A stretch of DNA of 64,000 bases from Macrostomum lignano (Eukaryota). The DNA lies in contig NIVC01001096.1 of NCBI GenBank assembly GCA_002269645.1, forward strand, positions 124,001 through 188,000. The letters run 5' to 3'. The position numbers and the translations under genes were made by a program. Positions 25,241 through 36,300 of this stretch are shown here, piece after piece; the stretch's first letter is position 1; every line of letters begins with the position of its first letter. The notes under the pieces were generated by a model. That model was not told the origin of the DNA, searched no databases, and saw only the letters and a list, made by a program, of their open reading frames with translations.

Positions 25241-26304
25241 TTCGCTTTAAAATAAAGCCCGCTACTCTAAAATGAGTATTTTTAAGTTGCGCAATGTCTG
25301 GTACAGGGTGTAGTGTACTTGGTGTCCTGTTTACACAGCTAATCGAATAAAAGTGCATGTAGTTCTATTTAGTCTCAAACTTTAGAAAATATTTATACAA
25401 CTGGGTCCAAGTATTTGCAAGTGAAAATTATTTATTCGTTAATTAGTTACAAAAGTAGTCTATGCGGTTAGTTTACACAGGTGTGATAGAACAGAACAAA
25501 TCTTATTTCGTCCGTCCATATTTTATATTCATAAATAATAACTTATTTTTGTTAACACTGTCGCTTGGGTAAGATGATATGTGTACACGCAGGGTTATGG
25601 TAATGCGCGAACGCGATGTACTACTTATTTACAGACACGATGCAATCGTATGCATTGATGTTTTTAAACTTGCTAGATGTAATACTACTACTGCTATGCA
25701 TATACTGCTTGAATAAGTAGTATGTAGCTGCTAAATTCGTGTGCCAATATTATTTTGGTCACATTACCAACCTCTGGGTAGCTTCTGAACGAAAATGCTT
25801 GTTAATTAGAATACATAGTGCTTATTATATTTATACGAGATATTCTGCTGATACTACTGACAATTATAAATGCAATAATTACAGCTGATCTTTGACGGAA
25901 ATTTAAACTTTATAAAACGCCTTAGCCTGCAGTGCCATACTTTTTAGTTTATGATAATTTGTTTTTTTTGTTTTGAACTTTTATTCGGCCTGTCTCTTCG
26001 ATCTGTCTCTGAGGCGAAGGTTTCTATTCAATGTTTATAAATGCTGAAATCAATAATGGCATTCAATAAATGCTGCTTATGTTTTAATTCTTTCGGTAAA
26101 ATTAATCAACTATAAAACAAGAATAAGACAGTCTTTTACTACTTGTTTTCTTTACACTACTAAAGTAAGTAGTGCAGTTAGCAGATGACAGTATATTATG
26201 ATCAGAAAATGCAATTTGTAGTTTGAATTTTTCAGTATCCACAAGTTGTAATCGTTTTTTTGTAAAAATGCCAAGAGTCTGAGGTCGGCTGTGATACTCT
26301 CGAG

Positions 26305-28823
26305 TCAGCCAGACTGATTCGCCTGCTGAGCCAGCCGAGTTTTGTTAACAATATTCGCCACAGTGAAATAATTGACAGTCAGCCCGTTCAGCACCTTCCG
26401 CTGCACCGATTTCCTGGTTCTCCACAGGTCCTCTTTGCCAATGTAGGTGAAGTCAAACAGTTCGGAGCCTTCAGTCTGGCACATTCGGTGATAGGCCTGG
26501 CACAGATCGGAGAACTGCGCTATGCTCAGCTCCCTCGGAGTGCACTGCGGCTGGGTGCCAGTCTCGGCAAACAGCCTGATAAGCAGGTCGCACCGCTCTG
26601 GCGGGAACAGGGTCTCCATGCAGGCCACCAGACTCTTGTTTGGGAAAGCGAATGCGTGCTTGACCAGCTTGTTAACGTAGGGATACGGCACCGGGATCAG
26701 CGGCTGCCGCAGCGGCACCAGCCGTACGACTGTTACATCGACTTTTGCCGGCGGCAGAAATGCCCGACCGGAGATGTCGAAGCAGCGCCTGGCTTCGCAC
26801 AGGTACTGAGTGAGGATGCTGGGCCGGCCGCGGCTGCGGGTCCACGTGTCCGCTAGCAGCCTGTCGGCGAACTCCTTCTGGAAGGTCAGCACCAGCGGCA
26901 CGCGACCGTGCTGCCAGACGCTACGCCGCTCGGCGATGTCCTGCAGCCAGGTCATGAGCAGCGGGGTGGAGATATTGAATGGCAGGTTGCCAACCAGCCG
27001 GATTTTGGGCAACTGCTGGCTGTGCCAGTCTGCTGACAGATCCTGCTCACGCTGGGTGAACAGTCCGTCTGTGGAGAAGTTCACGGCGCTGGTGAAGTGT
27101 AGCTGGAGCGAGATGATTAGCGGTAGAAATATGATTTATTATATATTATTGGTTTGAAGCGATACTTTTAACTCGGATTAAGGATTCCTTCACCTTAAGG
27201 ATTTGGGATTCTTAGATTGCGGATTTGGGATTCTCAGACTGGGGATTTGGGATTCTAAAACTGGGGATTTGGGATTCTCAGACTGGGGATTTGGGATTCT
27301 CAGACTGGGGATTTGGGACTCTGAAGCAGGGGATTTGGAATTCTCAGATTGGGGATTTGGGATTTTCAGATTGGGGATTTGGGATTCTCAGATTGGGGAT
27401 TTGTGATTCTCAGATTGGGGATTTGGGATTTTCAGATTGGGGATTTGGGATTTTCAGATTGGGGATTTGGGATTTTCAGATTGGGGATTTGTGATTCTCA
27501 GATTGGGGATTTGTGATTCTCAGATTGGGGATTTGGGATTTTCAGATTAGGGATTTGGGATTTTCAGATTGGGGATTTGGGATTTTCAGATTGGGGATTT
27601 GTGATTCTCAGATTGGGGATTTGTGATTCTCAGATTGGGGATTTGGGATTTTCAGATTGGGGATTTGGGATTTTCAGATTGGGGATTTGGGATTTTCAGA
27701 TTGGGGATTTGTGATTCTCAGATTGGGGATTTGGGATTTTCAGATTGGGGATTTGTGATTCTCAGATTGGGGATTTGGGATTTTCAGATTGGGGATTTGT
27801 GATTCTCAGATTGGGGATTTGGGATTTTCAGATTGGGGATTTGGGATTTTCAGATTGGGGATTTGGGATTTTCAGATTGGGGATTTGTGATTCTCAGATT
27901 GGGGATTTGGGATTTTCAGATTGGGGATTTGTGATTTTCAGATTGGGGATTTGTGATTCTCAGATTGGGGATTTGGGATTTTCAGATTGGGGATTTGTGA
28001 TTCTCAGATTGGGGATTTGGGATTTTCAGATTGGGGATTTGGGATTTTCAGATTGGGGATTTGGGATTTTCAGATTGGGGATTTGTGATTCTCAGATTGG
28101 GGATTTGGGATTTTCAGATTGGGGATTTGTGATTCTCAGATTGGGGATTTGGGATTTTCAGATTGGGGATTTGTGATTCTCAGATTGGGGATTTGGGATT
28201 TTCAGATTGGGGATTTGGGATTTTCAGATTGGGGATTTGGGATTTTCAGATTGGGGATTTGTGATTCTCAGATTGGGGATTTGGGATTTTCAGATTGGGG
28301 ATTTGTGATTCTCAGATTGGGGATTTGGGATTTTCAGATTGGGGATTTGTGATTCTCAGATTGGGGATTTGGGATTTTCAGATTGGGGATTTGTGATTCT
28401 CAGATTGGGGATTTGGGATTTTCAGATTGGGGATTTGTGATTCTCAGATTGGGGATTTGGGATTAGGAATTTCTAACAGCCAGTCACAAAGCGAACCTCC
28501 AAGTCTCGGTCGGCAGCTCGCACACAGTCCTGCAGATTCTCCAGGCACGGCTGGAATCTCCTGTCGAGCTCCACGCCGACCACCCGCTGGGCGCCCTCCC
28601 TAAACAGCTCCCTGGTGAAGCCGCCGGGGCCGCAGCCGATCTCCAGCACGTGACAGCCAGCCAGAGGTTTAGCGGCCTTAGCCAGCTTGTTCAACAGGCG
28701 AGGCTCCAATAAAAAGTTCTGCGACAGTTGTCGACGCGCCCGAAGGTCAAGCATTCGCAGCAGGTCGGCGAGGCTGGGCAGCGGCGGCAGGCGGATTGCG
28801 GACTTCACAGTTGAGACAGACAT
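26305..28823 (-). CDS. TFB1M: Mitochondrial 12S rRNA dimethyladenosine transferase 1 / mtTFB1 (KsgA family), 2 coding exons, ~374 aa
   Basis: Exons 28823-28497 (donor GAG|gttcgc; alternative TTT|gtgact) and 27102-26305 (ctaatcatctcgctccag|CTA). Motifs RLPPLP..LSQNFLL, LEIGCGPGGFTR, VELDRRF, VGNLPFNISTPL, LTFQKE, AFLPPAKVDVTVV. An acceptor (ttccag) lies 2 nt before the ATG, implying a 5'UTR intron. Confidence 0.93.
27200..28466. repeat. 22-bp G-rich minisatellite TCAGATTGGGGATTTG(G/T)GATT(T/C) filling the TFB1M intron
   Basis: Period of 22. The intron spans 27103-28496. Confidence 0.95.
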
Positions 28824-28914
28824 CGCTGGAATTAAAGAGTACAGACTGTCCTTTTATTGCAAACTTTTGTGTCCGTTTGCCCTGGCCTGCATCGCCGGAG
28901 ATCCGTCCCTTGAT

Positions 28915-29170
28915 ATGAGATTTGCCCCCCCCGCAGTGAGATCCACCCCTTGCCCAGTGAGAATCGTCCCCTTCTACGTAAGATTCGCCTCCTGCTACAT
29001 GAGATTCGCCCCCTGCTATATGAGATTCGCCCCGTGCTACATGAGATTCGTCCCTTGCTATATGAGATTCACCCCCTGCTATATGAGATTCACCCCCTGC
29101 TATATGAGATTCGCCCCCTTGCTATGAGATTCGCCCCCTGCTATGAGATTCGCCCCCTGCCATATGAGAT
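28915..29170. repeat. 21-bp minisatellite ATGAGATTCGCCCCCTGCTAT just upstream of the TFB1M start
   Basis: Period of 21, matching the MRFAPCY periodicity. Confidence 0.9.
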
Positions 29171-30341
29171 CAAAAAGCTGACGTATGAAACCAGCTAAAT
29201 ATAATAATTCAAAAGAAGCAATCAAGCAGAAACATGCCAATTCGACAAACTAAACTCATCAGAAAAGAAGAAACACAAAAAAGGTTTTGCTTTCGCAATA
29301 TATGCTTCTATTTATCTATCAACTTCAGCGCCAGACGAAAGCAAACTTGAAGTGACTTATGAAAGTAAAATGATGAAAACAAAGCGAATTATAAATATAA
29401 TAATATTGCCAAAGGCGCCAGATCTACGAGTAATATCCATTTGGAACCCGAACAGAAAGTACCGCATTTATGGTACCAAAGTTAACAAAAAGAAACTCAG
29501 GCGGCCAGCAACCCACACGGACACCCAGTGCCTCTCTTGCAAGTTATTGAAAATAAAACAAGAGCAAATACGCTTTGTCGAATGCTTAACTTTCACAATA
29601 AATATGTAAGCATCTTCCAGCCTTAGTCTCCAATGTATCATACAAATTATTCGCGTAAAATGCAATTCATACTACTTGAGAAGATAACAAACCAAAAACA
29701 GTATAATAATATAGCAGATTATTTTTTCAAAATAAAATAAAAACAGAAATCGAACCAAGATACCCAAATAGAACAGAGTAACAGCATAAAGTTAATAAAT
29801 AATTTTATTATATCAATATGCCTTAAACCCAATTACAATGTGACCTTCAGCCTTCAGCTTATAGTAGCTTATGTAAATAAACACAAATTATTAATATTTA
29901 ATAAACCAAAACACCAATATAGGGTTTTTTAATCTGGCCAGACTAAAATAAAAAGTAAATAACGGATCACAGCAAAGTTTTTAATGGCAATAATATGAGC
30001 CTGTTAATACAAGTCGATAATGACATCTAATCTACGAGCGAATAGAAATTAAAATAAATTAAAACTCTTAGAAATGAAATCTTCATCTGAAACTTTTTTT
30101 AGCAAAGTTGATCTTTAATGAGCACACAAGTTCAATACTTCAATACAGTTGTACAAGTTGGCAAAATAATAGATTTATGAAAACAAACAAAAAACAGAGA
30201 TAAAACCTGCATCGCGCTACTGCTCGGCTCCAAAGTTAGTAAGTAGTTTGGGCGCGCATTTTAAGGCGACATTAGAAAAAACACTGCATTAAGAAAATTG
30301 AAGATTTTTCTATCACAAAATAGATTCCGGCTCTAATCGCA

Positions 30342-33300
30342 CTACTGATTCTCTTTGTCGGCAGTAGTCTGTTGCGATTCAGCGGCATCGTCTCCGCCGG
30401 ATTGAAGTGCGTCGTCAGCCTTGCCGCAGGCCTCCTTCAGGCGCTCCGCCTGCTCCTCCGCCTCTCTGTAAAATGTTGCGCGGTTCTTGCCCGTTAATCT
30501 CACCCTCCTGTGCCTGTTCATCTCACCCTCCTGTGCCTGTTCATCTCACCCTCCTGTGCCTGTTCATCTCACCCTCCTGTGCCTGTTCATCTCACCCTCC
30601 TGTGCCTGTTCATCTCACCCTCCTGTGCCTGTTCATCTCACCCTCCTGTGCCTGTTCATCTCACCCTCCTGTGCCTGTTCATCTCACCCTCCTGTGCCTG
30701 TTCATCTCACCCTCCTGTGCCTGTTCATCTCACCCTCCTGTGCCTGTTCATCTCACCCTCCTGTGCCTGTTCATCTCACCCTCCTGTGCCTGTTCATCTC
30801 ACCCTCCTGTGCCTGTTCATCTCACCCTCCTGTGCCTGTTCATCTCACCCTCCTGTGCCTGTTCATCTCACCCTCCTGTGCCTGTTCATCTCACCCTCCT
30901 GTGCCTGTTCATCTCACCCTCCTGTGCCTGTTCATCTCACCCTCCTGTGCCTGTTCATCTCACCCTCCCCTCCCTGTTTATCTCACTTTCCCGTGCCTGT
31001 TTATCTCACCCCCAGTGCCTGTTTATCTCACCCTCCATTGCCTGTTTATCTCACCCTCCATTGCCTGTTTATCTCACCCTCCATTGCCTGTTTATCTCAC
31101 CCTCCATTGCCTGTTTATCTCACCCTCCATTGCCTGTTTATCTCACCCTCCATTGCCTGTTTATCTCACCCTCCATTGCCTGTTTATCTCACCCATCTCA
31201 AGGGAATTAATGACCATTCTCAGGGGAATTAATGACCATTATCAGAGGGAATAAACAGCAATTCTAGCGTCATAAAAGCACAAAAAACAGAATTATTCCT
31301 CACCGCCACAGCTGGCCCCGACTGCGCACAGCCAGAGCGTGCTCAGTCATGTTCGCCGATAAGCCCGAGATCTGCGATTGCAACTCGTCCAGACAGGCGT
31401 TCACGCTAGCCAGCGGCTGCGGCGGCCGCGACTGCCAGCACATCGGAGCGGTGTCTCCCACCAGACGCTCCAAGGCGGCCCAGTCGATTCCGCCATCGTC
31501 TGCTGAGGCAGCGCCGGCGCTGGCGCCCTCCTCAGTGGAGAACAGCCGGTGCCGGTCGATGGCGGACTTCAGAGCTCCGCGCAGCTGAGCCAGACGGCCC
31601 AGAGCGTCGAGCCGATCGCGGCGAGCGGTCTCCAGCTCGGCTCGGAGGCCTCGATTCTGGCGCTCCGTTGATTCCAGCACCCGCTGCAGGCCGGCTAGAG
31701 CGTCGGCGCCGCTGTTCTCGTTGCTTAGCAACCGAGCCTGCGCGTCGGCCAGTTGGGCGTCTTTCTCGTCTAGAGCCTTGGAAACGGTATCCAGGCGAGC
31801 TTGGGCTTCGGCAGATTCCGCTAGTTGCGATCGGGCGTCCGCCAGCTCGCCGCGAAGTCGCTCGAGTTCCTCGCGTTGCTTAGCAACCAGCTCGCGACCG
31901 GATTCCACTTCGCACTGGAGACCGGCGGCTGTCTCCGCGTCACTGGGAATTTTTGATTTGGGTGGTTGGGGATTTAAAGACATTCGGGAGACATTTGGGG
32001 TCAGAATGACACCGAGGGGATCAGAATGACACCGAGGGGATAAGAATGACACCGAGGGGATAAGAATGACGCCGAGGGGATCAGAATGACCCCGGAGGGA
32101 TCAGAATGACATCAAGGGGATCAGAATGACACCGTGGGAATCAGAATGACACCATTGGGATCAGAATGACACCAAGGGGATCAGAATGACACCGTGGGGA
32201 TCAAAATGACACCAAGGGGATCAGAATGACACCGAAGGGATCAGAATGACACCAAGGGGATCAGAATGACCCCGAGGGGATCAGAATGACATCAAGGGGA
32301 TCAGAATGACACTGTGGGGATCAGAATGACACCAGGGGAATCAGAATGACACCAAGGGGATCAGAATGACACCGTGGGGATCAAAATGACACCAAGGGGA
32401 TCAGAATGACACCGTGGGGATCAGAATGACACCAATGGGATCAGAATGACACCGAGGGGATCAGAATGACACCAAGGGGATCAGAATGACACCGTGGGGA
32501 TCAAAATGACACCAAGGGGATCAGAATGACCCCGAGGGGATCAGAATGACACCGAGGGGATCAGAATGACACCAAGGGGATCAGAATGATATCAAGGGGA
32601 TCAGAATGACACCAATGGGATCAGAATGACACCAAGTGGATCAGAATCCTCACCTAGAAGTGGCAGTGGCCAGCTCAGTCTGCAGTCGGGCCCTCTCAGC
32701 TCTCAGGGCGTCGCACTCCCCAGCGAGTCGGCCAGCATTTCCCAGCGCGGACTCCAACTGCTCCTGAAGCTGGCCTCTGCTCGCCAGAGCGTCCAGCAGT
32801 TGATTCTCGGCCGCTCGCAGATCGTCAGCCTGACGTTCGCCGCCGGCCTCGCGTGTGGCCAGAGCCGCTTGAAGCGCCTCGGCGTGCTGCCTGAGCTGAG
32901 CTTGGGCGCGCGCCAAGCCGTCGGCGCGACCTTTGGCGCGCTCCAATTCAGCGTGCAGAGCGCGATTCTGGGTGCGCCAATTCTGCGCTTCGGCCAGCTG
33001 CGCTTCAAGCCGGTCGGCGCGCTCCTTGGCCGAGGCCGCTCGGACAGACAGCTCGGCCGCTTCGGCGTCAGCGCGAGCGCGAGCTTCAGCCAGGTTTTTG
33101 GCTGCCTCGGCTCTGCAGATGCGTGGGCGGAGTGACGATTGCGGAGGGTTGCAAATTACCAAATCCTCAGTTTCTAGGCCAGCCTCCCAGGTCCTCAGTT
33201 GCTGGGCCAGCCTCCCAGATTCTCAGTTGCTGAGCCTCAGTTGCTGGGCCAGCCTCCCAGATCCTCAGTTGCTGAGCCAGCCTCCCAGATCCTCAGTTGC

Positions 33301-36300
33301 TGGGCCAGCCTCACAGATCCCCAGTTGCTGGGCCAGCCTCCCAGATCCTCAGTTGCTGGGCCAGCCTCCCAGGTCCTCAGTTGCTGGGCCAGCCTCCCAG
33401 ATTCTCAGTTGCTGAGCCTCAGTTGCTGGGCAGATCAAACCCAGCAACTGATCTGCCCAGTTGGGCCAGCCTCCAAGATCCTCATTTGCTGGGCCAGCCT
33501 CCCAGATCCTCAGTTGCTGGGCCAGCCTCCCAGATTCTCAGTTGCTGAGCCTCAGTTGCTGGGCCAGCCTCCCAGATTCTCAGTTGCTGAGCCTCAGTTG
33601 CTGGGCCAGCCTCCCAGATCCTCAGTTGCTGGGCCAGCCTCCCAGATCCTCAGTTGCTGGGCCAGCCTCCCAGATCCCCAGTGGCTGGGCCAGCCTCCCA
33701 GATCCTCAGTTGCTGGGCCAGCCTCCCAGGTCCTCAGTTGCTGGGCCAGCCTCCCAGATTCTCAGTTGCTGAGCCTCAGTTGCTGGGCCAGCCTCCCAGA
33801 TCCTCAGTTGCTGGGCCAGCCTCTCAGATCCTCAGTTGCTGGGCCAGCCTCCCAGATCCTCAGTTGCTGGGCCAGCCTACAAGATCCTCAGTTGATGGGC
33901 CAGCAACTGAGATTCTCAGTTGCTGAGCCTCAGTTGCTGGGCCAGCCTCCCAGATCCTCAGTTGCTGGGCCAGCCTCCCAGATTCTCAGTTGCTGAGCCT
34001 CAGTTGCTGGGCCAGCCTCCCAGATCCTCAGTTGCTGGGCCAGCCTCTCAGATCCTCAGTTGCTGGGCCAGCCTCCCAGATCCTCAGTTGCTGGGCCAGC
34101 CTACAAGATCCTCAGTTGATGGGCCAGCAACTGAGATTCTCAGTTGCTGAGCCTCAGTTGCTGGGCCAGCCTCCCAGATCCTCAGTTGCTGGGCCAGCCT
34201 CCCAGATCCTCAGTTGCTGGGCCAGCCTCCCAGATCCTCAGTTGCTGGGCCAGCCTCCCAGATCCTCAGTTGCTGGGCCAGCCTCCCAGATCCTCAGTTG
34301 CTGGGCCAGCCGCCCAGATCCTCAGTTGCTGGGCCAGCCTCTCAGATCCTCAGGTGCTGGGCCAGCCTCCCAGATCCCCAGTTGCTGGGCCAGCCTCTCA
34401 GATCCTCAGTTGCTGGGCCAGCCTCTCAGATCCTCAGTTGCTGGGCCAGCCTCTCAGATCCTCAGGTGCTGGGCCAGCCTCTCAGATCCTCAGGTGCTGG
34501 GCCAGCCTCCCAGATCCTCAGTTGCTGGGCCAGCCTCCCAGATCCCCAGTTGCTGGACCAGCCTCCCAGATCCCCAGTTGCTGGGCCAGCCTCCCAGGTC
34601 CTCAGTTGCTGGGCCAGCCTCCCAGATTCTCAGTTGCTGAGCCTCAGTTGCTGGGCCAGCCTCCCAGATCCTCAGTTGCTGGGCCAGCAACTGAGATTCA
34701 CAGTTGCTGAGCCTCAGTTGCTGGGCCAGCCTCCCAGATCCTCAGTTGCCGGGCCAGCCTCCCAGATCCTTAGTTGCTGGGCCAGCCTCCCAGATTCTCA
34801 GTTGCTGAGCCTCAGTTGCTGGGCCAGCCTCCCAGATCCTCAGTTGCTGGGCCAGCCTCCCAGATCCTCAGTTGCTGGGCCAGCCTCACAGATCCCCAGT
34901 TGCTGGGCCAGCCTCCCAGATCCTCAGTTGCTGGGCCAGCCTCCCAGATCCTCAGTTGCTGGGCCAGCCTCCCAGATTCTCAGTTGCTGAGCCTCAGTTG
35001 CTGGGCCAGCCTCCCAGATCCTCAGTTGCTGGGCCAGCCTCCAAGATCCTCAGTTGCTGGGCCAGCCTCTCAGATCCTCAGTTGCTGGGCCAGCCGCCCA
35101 GATCCTCAGTTGCTGGGCCAGCCTCTCAGATCCTCAGGTGCTGGGCCAGCCTCCCAGATCCCCAGTTGCTGGGCCAGCCTCTCAGATCCCCAGTTGCTGG
35201 GCCAGCCTCTCAGATCCTCAGTTGCTGGGCCAGCCTCTCAGATCCTCAGGTGCTGGGCCAGCCTCTCAGATCCTCAGGTGCTGGGCCAGCCTCCCAGATT
35301 CTCAGTTGCTGAGCCTCAGTTGCTGGGCCAGCCTCCCAGATCCTCAGTTGCTGGGCCAGCCTCTCAGATCCTCAGTTGCTGGGCCAGCCTCCCAGATTCT
35401 CAGTTGCTGAGCCTCAGTTGCTGGGCCAGCCTCCCAGATCCTCAGTTGCTGGGCCAGCCTCCAAGATCCTCAGTTGCTGGGCCAGCAACTGAGATTCACA
35501 GTTGCTGAGCCTCAGTTGCTGGGCCAGCCTCCCAGATCCTCAGTTGCCGGGCCAGCCTCCCAGATCCTCAGTTGCTGGGCCAGCCTCCAAGATCCTCAGT
35601 TGCTGGGCCAGCCTCCCAGATTCTCAGTTGCTGAGCCTCAGTTGCTGGGCCAGCCTCCCAGATCCTCAGTTGCTGGGCCAGCCTCCCAGATCCTCAGTTG
35701 CTGGGCCAGCCTCACAGATCCCCAGTTGCTGGGCCAGCCTCCCAGATCCTCAGTTGCCGGGCCAGCCTCCCAGATCCTCAGTTGCTGGGCCAGCCTCCAA
35801 GATCCTCAGTTGCTGGGCCAGCCTCCCAGATTCTCAGTTGCTGAGCCTCAGTTGCTGGGCCAGCCTCCCAGATCCTCAGTTGCCGGGCCAGCCTCCCAGA
35901 TCCTCAGTTGCTGGGCCAGCCTCCAAGATCCTCAGTTGCTGGGCCAGCCTCCCAGATTCTCAGTTGCTGAGCCTCAGTTGCTGGGCCAGCCTCCCAGATC
36001 CTCAGTTGCTGGGCCAGCCTCCCAGATCCTCAGTTGCTGGGCCAGCCTCTCAGATCCTCAGGTGCTGGGCCAGCCTCCCAGATCCCCAGTTGCTGGGCCA
36101 GCCTCTCAGATCCCCAGTTGCTGGGCCAGCCTCTCAGATCCTCAGTTGCTGGGCCAGCCTCCCAGATCCCCAGTTGCTGGGCCAGCCTCTCAGATCCCCA
36201 GTTGCTGGCCAGCCTCTCAGATCCTCAGTTGCTGGGCCAGCCTCTCAGATCCTCAGTTGCTGGGCCAGCCTCTCAGATCCTCAGTTGCTGGGCCAGCCTC

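Noticed and set aside
27200-28466. Telomere-like GGGATTT motif
   Set aside because: It is TTTAGGG read backwards rather than reverse-complemented, and it is embedded in a 22-bp unit, so it is not interstitial telomeric repeat.
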